64,000 bases of DNA, taken from the NCBI GenBank assembly GCA_038248915.1, contig JBBRXB010000002.1:128622-192621 (forward strand), in the 5' to 3' direction. This document shows positions 18,664-26,825 of the stretch, piece by piece. Under the pieces are notes generated by a model, which was not told the origin of the DNA, did not search any database, and saw only the letters and a program-made list of their open reading frames with translations. Numbering within the stretch: position 1 is the first letter of the stretch; the number at the start of each line of letters is the position of its first letter. This DNA comes from Candidatus Limnocylindrales bacterium (GTDB lineage: Bacteria > Chloroflexota > Limnocylindria > Limnocylindrales > CSP1-4). Position numbers and translations under genes: made by a program.

Positions 18664-19608
18664 CTATCGGAGCAGTGGCACGACCTCGCCGATGAAGCGC
18701 TCGAGCGTCTCGGTGTCGTAGGGCGCCGGCTGCTCGGAGATGATCGTCCTGAAGCCGAGCTCGACATAGGGTCGCAGGCGGTCGGCGATCTGCTCCGCGG
18801 TGCCATTCCAGAACGTCTCGTCGTCGGCGACATCGGCCAGTGGCGTCTCGTTGTGGGCCATCGCCTCCTGCCAGACGTGGACCGCCTCCGCCTCCGTGTC
18901 ACGGATCGTGACCTTGACCCCGAGCGTGAACTCGATCTCGCCGATGTCACGCCCGACCGAATCGCAATGGCCGCGCAGGACCTCGATCTTGTGGGTCATC
19001 TTCTCGAGCGAGCCCATCGCGTTCCACATGTCGGCATAGCGAGCGACGGTCCGGAGGGTCTTCTTCTCGCCGCTCCCGCCGATCATGATCGGCAGGTGCG
19101 GCTGCACCGGTGGCGGCAGATGGCGCGCGCCGTCGAAATGGTAGTGGCCGCCCGGCGCCGAGGTCACGGCCCTTCCGTCGAGGAGGCCGCGCATCGCCGC
19201 GACCGATTCGTCGAGCCAGTCGAGGCGCTGACCGAACCCGCTCCCGAAGTCGATGCCGTGCGCGTTGTGCTCCGACTCCACCCACGCCCCACCGACGCCC
19301 AGGATCGCGCGGCCGTCGCTGGCATGGTCGAGCGTCACTGCCATCTTGGCGACCACTCCCGGGTTGCGGAGCGTGTTGGCCCCGACGAGGAGGCCGAGAC
19401 GGGCGTGCTCGGTCTCGCGGGCCCAGGCGTTGAGCAGCGACCAGCCCTCGAAGATCGGCTGGTGCGAGTCGCCGAAGATCGCGTAGATGTGGTCCCAGGT
19501 CCATAGGTGGGCGTAGCCCAGGCGGTCGACCAGCCGCGCCGCGTCGATCATCTCGGTGTAGGTCGCGGCCTGGCTCCAAAGCAGGATCCCGAGCTTGACA
19601 TCGGACAT
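18664..19608 (-). CDS. LLM-class (luciferase-like) F420-dependent oxidoreductase
   Basis: 314 aa: MSDVKLGILLWSQAATYTEMIDAARLVDRLGYAHLWTWDH...LGLLVGANTLRNPGVVAKMAVTLDHASDGRAILGVGGAW, characteristic of the LLM family. Convergent with the Fe-ADH gene. Confidence 0.8.
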   Translation of the reverse strand: MSDVKLGILLWSQAATYTEMIDAARLVDRLGYAHLWTWDHIYAIFGDSHQPIFEGWSLLNAWARETEHARLGLLVGANTLRNPGVVAKMAVTLDHASDGRAILGVGGAWVESEHNAHGIDFGSGFGQRLDWLDESVAAMRGLLDGRAVTSAPGGHYHFDGARHLPPPVQPHLPIMIGGSGEKKTLRTVARYADMWNAMGSLEKMTHKIEVLRGHCDSVGRDIGEIEFTLGVKVTIRDTEAEAVHVWQEAMAHNETPLADVADDETFWNGTAEQIADRLRPYVELGFRTIISEQPAPYDTETLERFIGEVVPLLR

Positions 19609-19661
19609 GGGGCGGGCCTCCGGGTCGTGGTGAAGGGAGACCCCGAGTGTAGGCGCCCGGG

Positions 19662-19948
19662 CTACGGCAGCGTCGCGAGGTCGCCCCGATGATCTCGCGC
19701 TCGTCCTTGTCCGCGATCCCGTCGAGGGCTGCGGTCGCCTTTGCCCTCCAGGCCGCGACCTCGTCCGTGTCGCCGGCGGTCAAGTGGGCCCGGGCCATCG
19801 CCTCGTACGCGGCCGCGATGTCGAAGTCGGCGATGCCGGCCGCCTCGTTGATCGCCAGGCAGCGCCGGGCATGCCAGAGCGCCGGCTCCAGCTGGTCGCG
19901 CGCGTAGAGGCGGTAGCTCGTGAACGGATCGGTGCACGCGGGCCGCAA
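19662..19948 (-). pseudogene. Remnant of a helical-repeat (TPR-like) protein gene, apparently frameshifted
   Basis: The minus-strand frame from TTG 19948 reads LRPACTDPFTSYRLYARDQLEPALWHARRCLAINEAAGIADFDIAAAYEAMARAHLTAGDTDEVAAWRAKATAALDGIADKDEREIIG. That frame then has no stop for about 740 nt and runs through the LLM gene. Adding one C to the run 19684..19687 would give ...EREIIGGDLATLP-stop at 19662. Confidence 0.35.
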
Positions 19949-19965
19949 CAGGCGCGGATCCGCCC

Positions 19966-20250
19966 TCAGGCCTGGTCCAGCTCCCGATCGACGGCGCGCA
20001 GGATGAACCGGGCGGCCTCGGCGCTCTTGCCACCGAGCTTCTGGTCGTCGTCCTGCGCGAGGGCGAGCATGAGATCGGCGAGGTACTGGTCCATCGATGG
20101 CGTACGGACAAGGTCGCCTGCCGCGAAAGCCGCATCCAGCCGAGCCACGACCACCCGCGCGTTGTCGACGCTGTGGCCCTTGGCCGCGATGAGCTCGCGG
20201 ACATCGGCGCGTGCCGCCGCCGCGGCCGGCCCTAGTGTGGTCATCGCCAC
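19966..20250 (-). CDS. Hypothetical protein (94 aa)
   Basis: Track ORF MAMTTLGPAAAAARADVRELIAAKGHSVDNARVVVARLDAAFAAGDLVRTPSMDQYLADLMLALAQDDDQKLGGKSAEAARFILRAVDRELDQA. The composition is coding-like and it overlaps the GNAT stop by 10 nt. No family recognised. Confidence 0.4.
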   Translation of the reverse strand: MAMTTLGPAAAAARADVRELIAAKGHSVDNARVVVARLDAAFAAGDLVRTPSMDQYLADLMLALAQDDDQKLGGKSAEAARFILRAVDRELDQA

Positions 20251-20939
20251 CTCCGCAAGGTCCGGCGCGCCCGGTCGGCGGCGCCCACTTCGACCGCATC
20301 GGGCTCGTCGTCAGCGGCTTCCGGCGGTGCCTCCGCCACGCCAGCGGCCGGCACCGCCTCCGCCACGGCGCGGGCCGCATCGCGCCGCGCCCGCCAATCA
20401 GACTCGAGGACGCTCATCGCCAGCTCGTCCCACCAGCGGCCGTCGCGCCAGATCGACTCGCGCGACCGGCCCTCGACTTGAAATCCGACCCGTTGGTAGG
20501 CCCGGATCGCCCGAACGTTGAACTCGAACACGTACAGCGCGATCCGATGCAGCCCAAGCGTCCCGAACGCGTGGTCGACCATCAGCCGGGTCGCCTCCGT
20601 GCCCAGCCCACGCCCCCAGGCGTCCGCCTCACCGATGGTGATGTGGTATAGCGCGGAGCCGTTCTCGCCGTCGAGCTGGCTGAACGCGCAGGTCCCGACG
20701 AGCCGGTCGGTGGCCTTCTCGTGGACCGCCATGGCCAGCGCGTCCGTGCCGAGGACCCGGGCCGCGAAGAAGCGCTCGATCTCTTCCGGCCGCATCGGGG
20801 TCGCCTGGTAGCGTGCCAGGCGGGCGATCTCGGGGTCCGCGTACCAGCGCTGGAAGGCAGCGATGTTGCCGGGCACGTGCCGGCGGAGGACGACCCGCGA
20901 GCCGGTCAGCACCTCCGGGAACCACGGTTTCTGCACCAT
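20241..20939 (-). CDS. GNAT-family N-acetyltransferase (RimJ/RimL-like)
   Basis: Track ORF 20241..21032; the likely start is the internal Met giving MVQKPWFPEVLTGSRVVLRRH. Acetyl-CoA-site-like WGRGLGTEA and LHRIALYVFEFNVRAIRAYQRVGF are present. Low-complexity Ala/Glu tail. Confidence 0.8.
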   Translation of the reverse strand: MVQKPWFPEVLTGSRVVLRRHVPGNIAAFQRWYADPEIARLARYQATPMRPEEIERFFAARVLGTDALAMAVHEKATDRLVGTCAFSQLDGENGSALYHITIGEADAWGRGLGTEATRLMVDHAFGTLGLHRIALYVFEFNVRAIRAYQRVGFQVEGRSRESIWRDGRWWDELAMSVLESDWRARRDAARAVAEAVPAAGVAEAPPEAADDEPDAVEVGAADRARRTLRRWR

Positions 20940-20964
20940 CGCTGGCACGGTATACCATCCCTCC

Positions 20965-22683
20965 ATGCGTCGCTGGAGCGAGCTCGCCGAGCGCCTCGCG
21001 GCGACCACCCGAACCTCCGAGAAGACGGCCATCCTGGCCGACTACTTCCAGACCCTGACGCCCGACGAGCTGCCGATCGCCGCCATCTTTCTGACCGGCC
21101 GGCCGTTCGCGGAGGCGGATCAGCGCTCGGCGGGGCTCGGCTGGTCGGCCATCGCCTCGACCGTCACGGACCTCGGGAGCGTGCCTCGGTCCGCCCTCGG
21201 CGAGGCATACGACCGCTCGTCCGATCTCGGCATCGCCGTAGCCGAGGTGCTGACGGCCGCCGGGCACCAGCCACCGCCCGAGATCAGCCCGACACTCCCC
21301 GAGGTGGCAGCCGCGTTCGGCGCCATCGAGCAGGCGTCCGGTCCGGCCCGCAAGGCGGCCATCCTGCGGACGCTCCTGGAACGCTCGGACCCGCAGACAG
21401 CCAAAGCGATCGTCAAGGTCATCGGTGGCGACCTGCGGATCGGCCTGCGCGAGGGCCTGGTCGAGGCGGCGATCGCCAAGGCGTTCGACCGCCCGCTCGA
21501 TGACGTCAAGTGGGCCGGCATGCTCGTCGGGGACGTCGGTCGGCTGGCCGGCCTGGCTCGCGATGATGCGCTCGGGAGCGCCGAGCTGGCACTCTTCCAG
21601 CCGCTCAAGTTCATGCTGGCGTCGCCCGCGGAGGACGCCGCGGAGATCGTGACTCGCCTCGGACCGGAGGTCTGGGTGGAGGACAAGTACGACGGTATCC
21701 GCGCCCAGTTCCACAAGCATGGCGCGGAGGTCCGGCTCTACTCGCGTGACCTGCACGACATCAGCACCGGCTTCCCCGAGATCGTCGAGGCCGGCATGCC
21801 GCTGCCGTGGGATGGCATCCTCGATGGCGAGATCCTGGGCTGGCGCGATGGCATGGTCCTGCCGTTCATCGCGCTCCAGGGCCGGCTCGGGCGCAAGTCG
21901 CCATCGGCCGCCATCCAGGCGGACGTGCCGGTCATCTTCGTGGCCTTCGATGCGCTCGCCGTCGGCAACGGTGGCGACGACCCTATTCAGCCGCTCCTGC
22001 GCGAGCCGCTGACCAGCCGCCGCGCCCGTCTGGATGCACTGGACCTGCCACTCGTCGAGGACGGCGGCCGGTTCGCCCGGTCGCACCTGAGCGTCGCCGC
22101 CGGCGTGGCCGCGCTGGAGGCCGCCTTCGCTGACTCGCGCGCCCGTCGGAACGAGGGTCTGATGGTCAAGGATCCCCAGAGCCGGTACGCGCCGGGTCGT
22201 CGCGGGCTGGGCTGGCTCAAGATGAAGAAGGCGCTCGCCACCATCGATTGCGTCGTCGTCGGTGTCGAAGTGGGCCACGGCAAGCGTCACGGCGTGCTGT
22301 CCGACTACACGTTCGCCGTCCGCGACACCAGGCGCGACAAGCTGGTCAACATCGGCAAGGCATACAGCGGTCTGACCGATGCCGAGATCTCCGAGATGAC
22401 CCGCTGGTTCGAGACCCACACCATCGCGCGCCACGGCCGCTTCCACCAGGTCGAGCCGACCGTCGTCGTCGAGATCGCCTTCGACGTGATCGTCCGCTCC
22501 ACCCGGCACGGCTCGGGGTTCTCGCTGCGCTTCCCGCGGATCGTCCGGCTGCGCCCGGACAAGACCGTCGACGAGATCGACACGGTCGACACGGTGACCG
22601 CCCTGTACGAGGGTCTCCAGCACGGCTCCGAGCTGCTGGTCACGGCGGGCTCCAAGGGCCGGTCAGAGGCGGCGACCGACTGA
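20965..22683 (+). CDS. ATP-dependent DNA ligase (Lig1-like, with N-terminal DNA-binding domain)
   Basis: Track ORF 20863..22683; the likely start is Met at 20965 (MRRWSELAERLAATTRTSEKTAILADYF). Adenylation motif I is EDKYDGIR. Also present are LDGEILGW, MVKDPQSRYAPGRRGLGWLKMK, and the OB-fold end FSLRFPRIVRLRPDK. Confidence 0.9.
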   Translation: MRRWSELAERLAATTRTSEKTAILADYFQTLTPDELPIAAIFLTGRPFAEADQRSAGLGWSAIASTVTDLGSVPRSALGEAYDRSSDLGIAVAEVLTAAGHQPPPEISPTLPEVAAAFGAIEQASGPARKAAILRTLLERSDPQTAKAIVKVIGGDLRIGLREGLVEAAIAKAFDRPLDDVKWAGMLVGDVGRLAGLARDDALGSAELALFQPLKFMLASPAEDAAEIVTRLGPEVWVEDKYDGIRAQFHKHGAEVRLYSRDLHDISTGFPEIVEAGMPLPWDGILDGEILGWRDGMVLPFIALQGRLGRKSPSAAIQADVPVIFVAFDALAVGNGGDDPIQPLLREPLTSRRARLDALDLPLVEDGGRFARSHLSVAAGVAALEAAFADSRARRNEGLMVKDPQSRYAPGRRGLGWLKMKKALATIDCVVVGVEVGHGKRHGVLSDYTFAVRDTRRDKLVNIGKAYSGLTDAEISEMTRWFETHTIARHGRFHQVEPTVVVEIAFDVIVRSTRHGSGFSLRFPRIVRLRPDKTVDEIDTVDTVTALYEGLQHGSELLVTAGSKGRSEAATD

Positions 22684-22922
22684 TAGCGGCCGCCGGCCCC
22701 GACTGCCCGCGAGCCCCAGCCCGCTCGGGCCAGCCGATCGAGGAGCTCCCGTGCAACCGCCTGCGCCGGAGACTCGCCTGCATCGATGCCGCCACCCGGC
22801 ATGGACCAATACCCGGGCCGCAGCGGGTCGTGGCGATCGCGTGCGAAGAACAACAGGAGACGATCCATCGCGTCGATCAGCAGTACCCGAGCGACCCGCC
22901 GACGGACGACCTCCCCGTCCAC
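22684..22922 (-). pseudogene. Nudix hydrolase fragment (N-terminal about 80 aa only, degenerate Nudix box)
   Basis: GTG 22922, 4 nt after the rhodanese stop: VDGEVVRRRVARVLLIDAMDRLLLFFARDRHDPLRPGYWSMPGGGIDAGESPAQAVARELLDRLA. The Nudix box GX5EX7REUXEEXGU has DR in place of EE. The frame then continues as S/T/R-rich antisense of the ligase 3' end down to 22305, with no recognisable Nudix C-terminal half. Confidence 0.5.
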
Positions 22923-22926
22923 GGCG

Positions 22927-23769
22927 TCAGCGATCGACCGGCAGGTCCATCCGGTTGCCCCAGTCGGCCCAGCCACCGTCGTAGACTGCGACGTCCTCGT
23001 GCCCAAGCAGGGTGAGGACGAACGCGAGCTTGGCCGCCGCGACACCCGAGCCGTCGTAGCAGACCATCCGCCGACCGCGCGTGACGTTGGCCCGGTGAAG
23101 CAGGTCGCGCAGGGCGGCGCCGTCGCGCAACCTCTGGCCGCCCGGCTCGCTGGTCGCTCCGACCGGGACGTTGACCGCGCCCGGGATGTGCCCGAGCCGC
23201 CTGGTGTTGCCCTCGAAGCCGTGGTACTCGGCCGGCGCGCGCGCATCCAGCAGCGTCACGTCCGGTGAGCTCAGCAGCCCCCGCACGTCGCTCGTGGTCA
23301 GGCGCGTCCGGTTCGGGCCCCGGACCGTGAAACCGGCGGTCCCAGGCGGAACCCGGGCATTGGACACTGCGCGGCCCTCGGCCACCCAATCGCCGTACCC
23401 ACCGTCAAGGATCCGGACCGATTCCAGCCCATACGCCCGAAGGCTCCACCACGCCCGTGCCGCGAACAGGCTCTGCGTGTCGTCGTAGACGACGACGGTC
23501 GTGTCGTCGGTGATGCCGGCCTTGACGGCCAGCGTGGCCATCCGGTCCGGACCGGCAAGCATGATCGTTTCCCCGGTCTCGCCTTCCTCGATGAGGTCCT
23601 GCCGCCAGTCCACGAGGGCAGCTCCCGGGATGTGGCCGCTGGCATGGACCGCGGGCGCACTGCCATCCGGGCGCCAGCGCAGGTCCAGGACACGGATGCC
23701 GAACCGGTCGAGGTTGTCGGCCAGCCACTCCGTCGTGGCCAGGATCTCCGGTCGGGCCAGGCCACTCAT
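22927..23769 (-). CDS. Tandem-rhodanese sulfurtransferase (thiosulfate / 3-mercaptopyruvate sulfurtransferase type)
   Basis: This is the C-terminal 280 aa of track ORF 22927..24777. Start at ATG 23769 (MSGLARPEILATTEWLADNL; alternative ATG 23781). Two rhodanese repeats (GHIPGAALVDW..., GHIPGAVNVP) and an active-site loop CYDGSGVAAA. Confidence 0.85.
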   Translation of the reverse strand: MSGLARPEILATTEWLADNLDRFGIRVLDLRWRPDGSAPAVHASGHIPGAALVDWRQDLIEEGETGETIMLAGPDRMATLAVKAGITDDTTVVVYDDTQSLFAARAWWSLRAYGLESVRILDGGYGDWVAEGRAVSNARVPPGTAGFTVRGPNRTRLTTSDVRGLLSSPDVTLLDARAPAEYHGFEGNTRRLGHIPGAVNVPVGATSEPGGQRLRDGAALRDLLHRANVTRGRRMVCYDGSGVAAAKLAFVLTLLGHEDVAVYDGGWADWGNRMDLPVDR

Positions 23770-23802
23770 CGTCGGTATCATACGGCTGTGGTCGTCCCCT
23801 CC

Positions 23803-25026
23803 ATGCCGGACCCGGAGAAGCTGACGGCCGTGCGTGCCGCCATCCCGTCGCTGGCGGCCGGCATCTACCTGAACACCGGTTCGGTCGGACCGCTGCCCGC
23901 CGAGACGGCCGCGGCGATGGCCGATGTCGCGACATACGAACGCGACGTCGGCCGGGCGCACCCGGACTACTTCGAGGAGTTCAAGGGCCGGATGGACGAG
24001 GCCCGGGCCGGCGTTGCGGCCGTGCTGGGCACGGATGTGGCGGCGGTCGGCCTGACCCATGCCGCCACGGACGGCATGAACGCGGCGGCGCTGCTGCCCG
24101 ACTGGCGGGCGGGTGGCCGGATCGTCACGACGACCGACGAGCACGCCGGCGGCCTCGGACCGCTCTACGCGCTGCGCGACCGGTTCGGGGCCGAGATCGC
24201 GTTCGTGCCACCCGATGCCGACGGCGACCAGGAGCGGACGATCGCCGCCTTCGATGCCGCCATCACCGACGGCACGCGGCTCGTCTCGATCTCCCACGTC
24301 CTGTGGACGACCGGTGCGGTCATGCCGGTGGCCGCCATCGCTGCGCTGGCCCACGCTCGTGGCGCCTTCGTGGTCATCGACGGCGCGCAGGCCGCCGGGG
24401 CCATCCCGTTTCGGTTCGACGAGCTCGGTGTCGACGCTTACGCGCTGCCCGCGCAGAAGTGGCTCCTCGGGCCGGAGGGGATGGGCGCCCTGGTGGTCGA
24501 CCCGGGCGCGATCGACCGGCTGGTGCCGGCGCTCGGCGGCTGGTTCACGTTCGAGCACCTCGACAGCACCGGCGGGGCCGCCTGGTGGCACGATGCCCGC
24601 CGCTTCGAAGCGACCGGGTTCCACCGCCCATCGGTCATCGGGATGGCGCGCTCGATCGGCTGGCTGTCGATGTTCGTCGGGCTCGAGTTCGTCTACCGGC
24701 GGGGGACTGCCATGGCGTCGTCGGCCGCCGAGCGGCTGGCGGCCATCCCCGGCGTCACCGTCCTCACCCCACGGCACGCGATGGCGACGCTGGTCACGTT
24801 CAGCATCGACGGCTGGTCCGCGGCGGCAGCGCTGGACGAACTCGGGTCACGCGTGTTCGCCGTCGCACGCACGATCGAGCGCTTCGACGCGATCCGCATC
24901 AGCGTCGGCTTCTTCACCACCGAGGACGAGCTGGAGCGTCTCGCCGAAGCCATCGAGCTGCTGGCGCGCCATACCCCGGAGAGCCTGCCGCCGCGGCGCC
25001 TCCTGACCATCCTCGGCGAGTCGTGA
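23803..25026 (+). CDS. Class-V aminotransferase / cysteine desulfurase-family PLP enzyme
   Basis: Track ORF 23632..25026; likely start ATG 23803 (MPDPEKLTAVRAAIPSLAAGIYLNTGSVGPLP; alternative GTG 23788). Shows the class-V pattern ISHVLWTTGAVMP...VIDGAQAAGAIP...ALPAQKWLLGPEGMG (PLP Lys). Divergent from the rhodanese gene across about 30 bp. Confidence 0.8.
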   Translation: MPDPEKLTAVRAAIPSLAAGIYLNTGSVGPLPAETAAAMADVATYERDVGRAHPDYFEEFKGRMDEARAGVAAVLGTDVAAVGLTHAATDGMNAAALLPDWRAGGRIVTTTDEHAGGLGPLYALRDRFGAEIAFVPPDADGDQERTIAAFDAAITDGTRLVSISHVLWTTGAVMPVAAIAALAHARGAFVVIDGAQAAGAIPFRFDELGVDAYALPAQKWLLGPEGMGALVVDPGAIDRLVPALGGWFTFEHLDSTGGAAWWHDARRFEATGFHRPSVIGMARSIGWLSMFVGLEFVYRRGTAMASSAAERLAAIPGVTVLTPRHAMATLVTFSIDGWSAAAALDELGSRVFAVARTIERFDAIRISVGFFTTEDELERLAEAIELLARHTPESLPPRRLLTILGES

Positions 25027-25430
25027 CCCAGCGCCGCGACCCGGCGTCGATCCCGCCGCGTCGGTCGTGGGCGGAGGTCCGTTGGCGCCAGTTCCGACAC
25101 GCGCCGCGGCCGGTCGTCCGGGCGGTCGCCGCCAGCCTGAGTGTCGCGACCGTGCTGGCCATCGCCTACCTGGCGTACGACGTCGCCATCGGTCGTGGGG
25201 TCGTCCTGCCGGGCGGGGACCTGCGGACGCTGGCCGTCGCGGTCTACATCGTCCTGGTCCTGGTCATCGGCAGCGTCGTGACGTACCTGGTCGTCCCGCA
25301 ACCGACCGGCTCCGGGAGCATCGTCCGGCGGAGCGCCTGGAGCGCGGCGCTCGGCTTCTTCGCGGCCGTGCCGATCGCCTATCTGGTCATGGTCGTCGCG
25401 GTCCAGATCATCCGGCCCCTGCTCGGCTGA
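25023..25430 (+). CDS. Small integral membrane protein (135 aa, about 3 TM)
   Basis: GTG 25023 overlaps the upstream stop (GTGA). VTQRRDPASIPPRRSWAEVRWRQF...VAASLSVATVLAIAYLAY...LAVAVYIVLVLVIGSVVTYLVV...LGFFAAVPIAYLVMVVAVQII. It lies in the tail of the otherwise spurious track ORF 24303..25430. Confidence 0.55.
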   Translation: MTQRRDPASIPPRRSWAEVRWRQFRHAPRPVVRAVAASLSVATVLAIAYLAYDVAIGRGVVLPGGDLRTLAVAVYIVLVLVIGSVVTYLVVPQPTGSGSIVRRSAWSAALGFFAAVPIAYLVMVVAVQIIRPLLG

Positions 25431-25586
25431 AGGGCCACGGAAGCGGTGCCAGTGCGCACCAGTTCTGGCACGGGGTTGCAGCGCTGGGTAGCCCATCCGT
25501 ACTGATACGCGGTACCCTCTGTTGCGACATCATCTCGGCACATCCGGGTCATCCGGACGTGTCGCCTTCATCGAGGAACTACGCGC

Positions 25587-25886
25587 GTGTCCATCGACGA
25601 GCAGCATGTGGCGCTGCCGACCCTGTACGGAGCGCCGGCCTACGCCAGACCACCGTTGCTGGTGCCGGAAACGGAGCGGCCCTTCGATCCCGATGAGCTG
25701 CCGCTCGTGGCCGAGCAGACCGACGAGGAGCTCGAGTTCACGTCGTCGCTCCCAGCCCATGCCTGGGCGCCGGGTGGCGCCAGGGTCCGCCGCGACGCCG
25801 CCTCCGCGTCGAGCGGTCACCACGGCATCCGGGGCCGGCACTTCCGCCTGCGCGGCATCGCCGGACGCCTGCTCGGTGGCGGCTGA
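25587..25886 (+). CDS. Hypothetical protein (99 aa)
   Basis: Track ORF with a GTG start: (M)SIDEQHVALPTLYGAPAYARPPLLVPETERPFDPDELPLVAEQTDEELEF... The acidic middle looks coding and the C-terminus is low complexity. No family recognised. Confidence 0.4.
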   Translation: MSIDEQHVALPTLYGAPAYARPPLLVPETERPFDPDELPLVAEQTDEELEFTSSLPAHAWAPGGARVRRDAASASSGHHGIRGRHFRLRGIAGRLLGGG

Positions 25887-25947
25887 CCGACCCTCGTCGA
25901 CGGCCGACGGACCGACGAGCGTCCGACCGGGTGTAGCATCGCCCGAC

Positions 25948-26024
25948 GGGGGAGTAGCTCAATCGGTCAGAGCGGCGGGCTTATATCCCGCTGGTTCCAG
26001 GTTCGAGTCCTGGCTCCCCTACCA
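25948..26024 (+). tRNA. tRNA-Ile, anticodon UAU (reads AUA)
   Basis: Hand-folded 77-nt cloverleaf. Acceptor GGGGGAG/CTCCCCT (G1-U72). D arm GCTC-AATCGGTCA-GAGC. Anticodon stem GCGGG/CCCGC with loop C-T-TAT-A-T. Variable TGGTT. T arm CCAGG-TTCGAGT-CCTGG. Discriminator A, encoded CCA. Confidence 0.85.
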
Positions 26025-26825
26025 ACCGCGCCGGGCGTCCTCGCCCGCGACCCCGGACTGCACGAGTGCCGACAACCGTTGCCGTCGGCCCTCGGTCAGA
26101 CTCCGCTGCCGGGGCAGGGCGGCGATCCAATCTCCGATCTGGTCAGCGCCGATGACCGCGCAGCCGGCCGTTCGAGGTAACGCCGGGTCCGGGCTCACGA
26201 GGGCGGCGTGGACGCGAGCCACGAAATCGAGGTCGCCCTGGTTGAGCCAGTAGCGGACGCGGTCGGCGTCGCGGGCGGCCCGCTCCAGCGGGCCCTCGGT
26301 CGGAGCCCAGCCATGCGCGGTCAGGATCTCCCACGACGGTCCGGCGCGACGAACCAGGCTGGCGGGTGGCAGCTCATGGACGACGGCTACCCCGAACGCA
26401 CCGATGGCGAGATGCGGGACGGGCCGCCCGTCGCGGCCGGCGACACCGGTCGTTACGGTGACATCGGCGGGCAGGCTCGCGAGCGCGCGCGCCACCGGTG
26501 ACACGCGCCGGGCCCTCGCCCGGGCGCCGGCCACGATGCCGGCCAGCCGATCCGTACCCGACACGAGCAGACTCGCGCCGGCCAGGATCGCGAGCACCCA
26601 GCCGGCCATGGACGGCGAGAGCCCGGAGGCCCCGGTGCCAGCAGCCGGGATCAGACGCGAGACGAGCGGCGTGCCGATGGCCAGGATGGCGAGGCTCAGG
26701 CCGACCGCGACCAGGGCGGCGCCGACCAGCGTCCCGCCGATCAGGGAACCGAGCTGTCCATCGGAGCGGGAGGGGATGGTGGGCTGCACGGATGGAGCAT
26801 GGCGCCGGGCCGCGTCGCGGGCCAT
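26019..26825 (-). CDS. Membrane protein with C-terminal NERD-like domain (putative)
   Basis: 268 aa. Two or three N-terminal TM helices (LIGGTLVGAALVAVGLSLAILAI, MAGWVLAILAGASLLV), then PHLAIGAFGVAVVHELPP...GPLERAARDADRVRYWL, which resembles nuclease-related (NERD) domains. The domain call is from memory. Its TAG stop overlaps the antisense 3' end of the tRNA by 6 nt. Confidence 0.55.
   Translation of the reverse strand: MARDAARRHAPSVQPTIPSRSDGQLGSLIGGTLVGAALVAVGLSLAILAIGTPLVSRLIPAAGTGASGLSPSMAGWVLAILAGASLLVSGTDRLAGIVAGARARARRVSPVARALASLPADVTVTTGVAGRDGRPVPHLAIGAFGVAVVHELPPASLVRRAGPSWEILTAHGWAPTEGPLERAARDADRVRYWLNQGDLDFVARVHAALVSPDPALPRTAGCAVIGADQIGDWIAALPRQRSLTEGRRQRLSALVQSGVAGEDARRGW

Noticed and set aside
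20939-20965. Very short (25 bp) divergent gap between the GNAT and ligase starts as a special regulatory element
   Set aside because: Both start codons are uncertain because alternative in-frame starts exist. Short divergent gaps and leaderless transcripts are common in high-GC Gram-positives, and I saw no distinctive motif.
20629-22623. 664-aa minus-strand ORF across the ligase locus
   Set aside because: It is antisense to the DNA ligase, whose KxDG and OB-fold motifs are unambiguous. Its composition is non-coding-like.
22305-22922. Full-length 206-aa Nudix protein overlapping the ligase gene by 380 nt
   Set aside because: Only the first ~80 aa look Nudix-like. The rest is S/T/R-rich antisense of the ligase 3' end, and a convergent overlap of that length is implausible.
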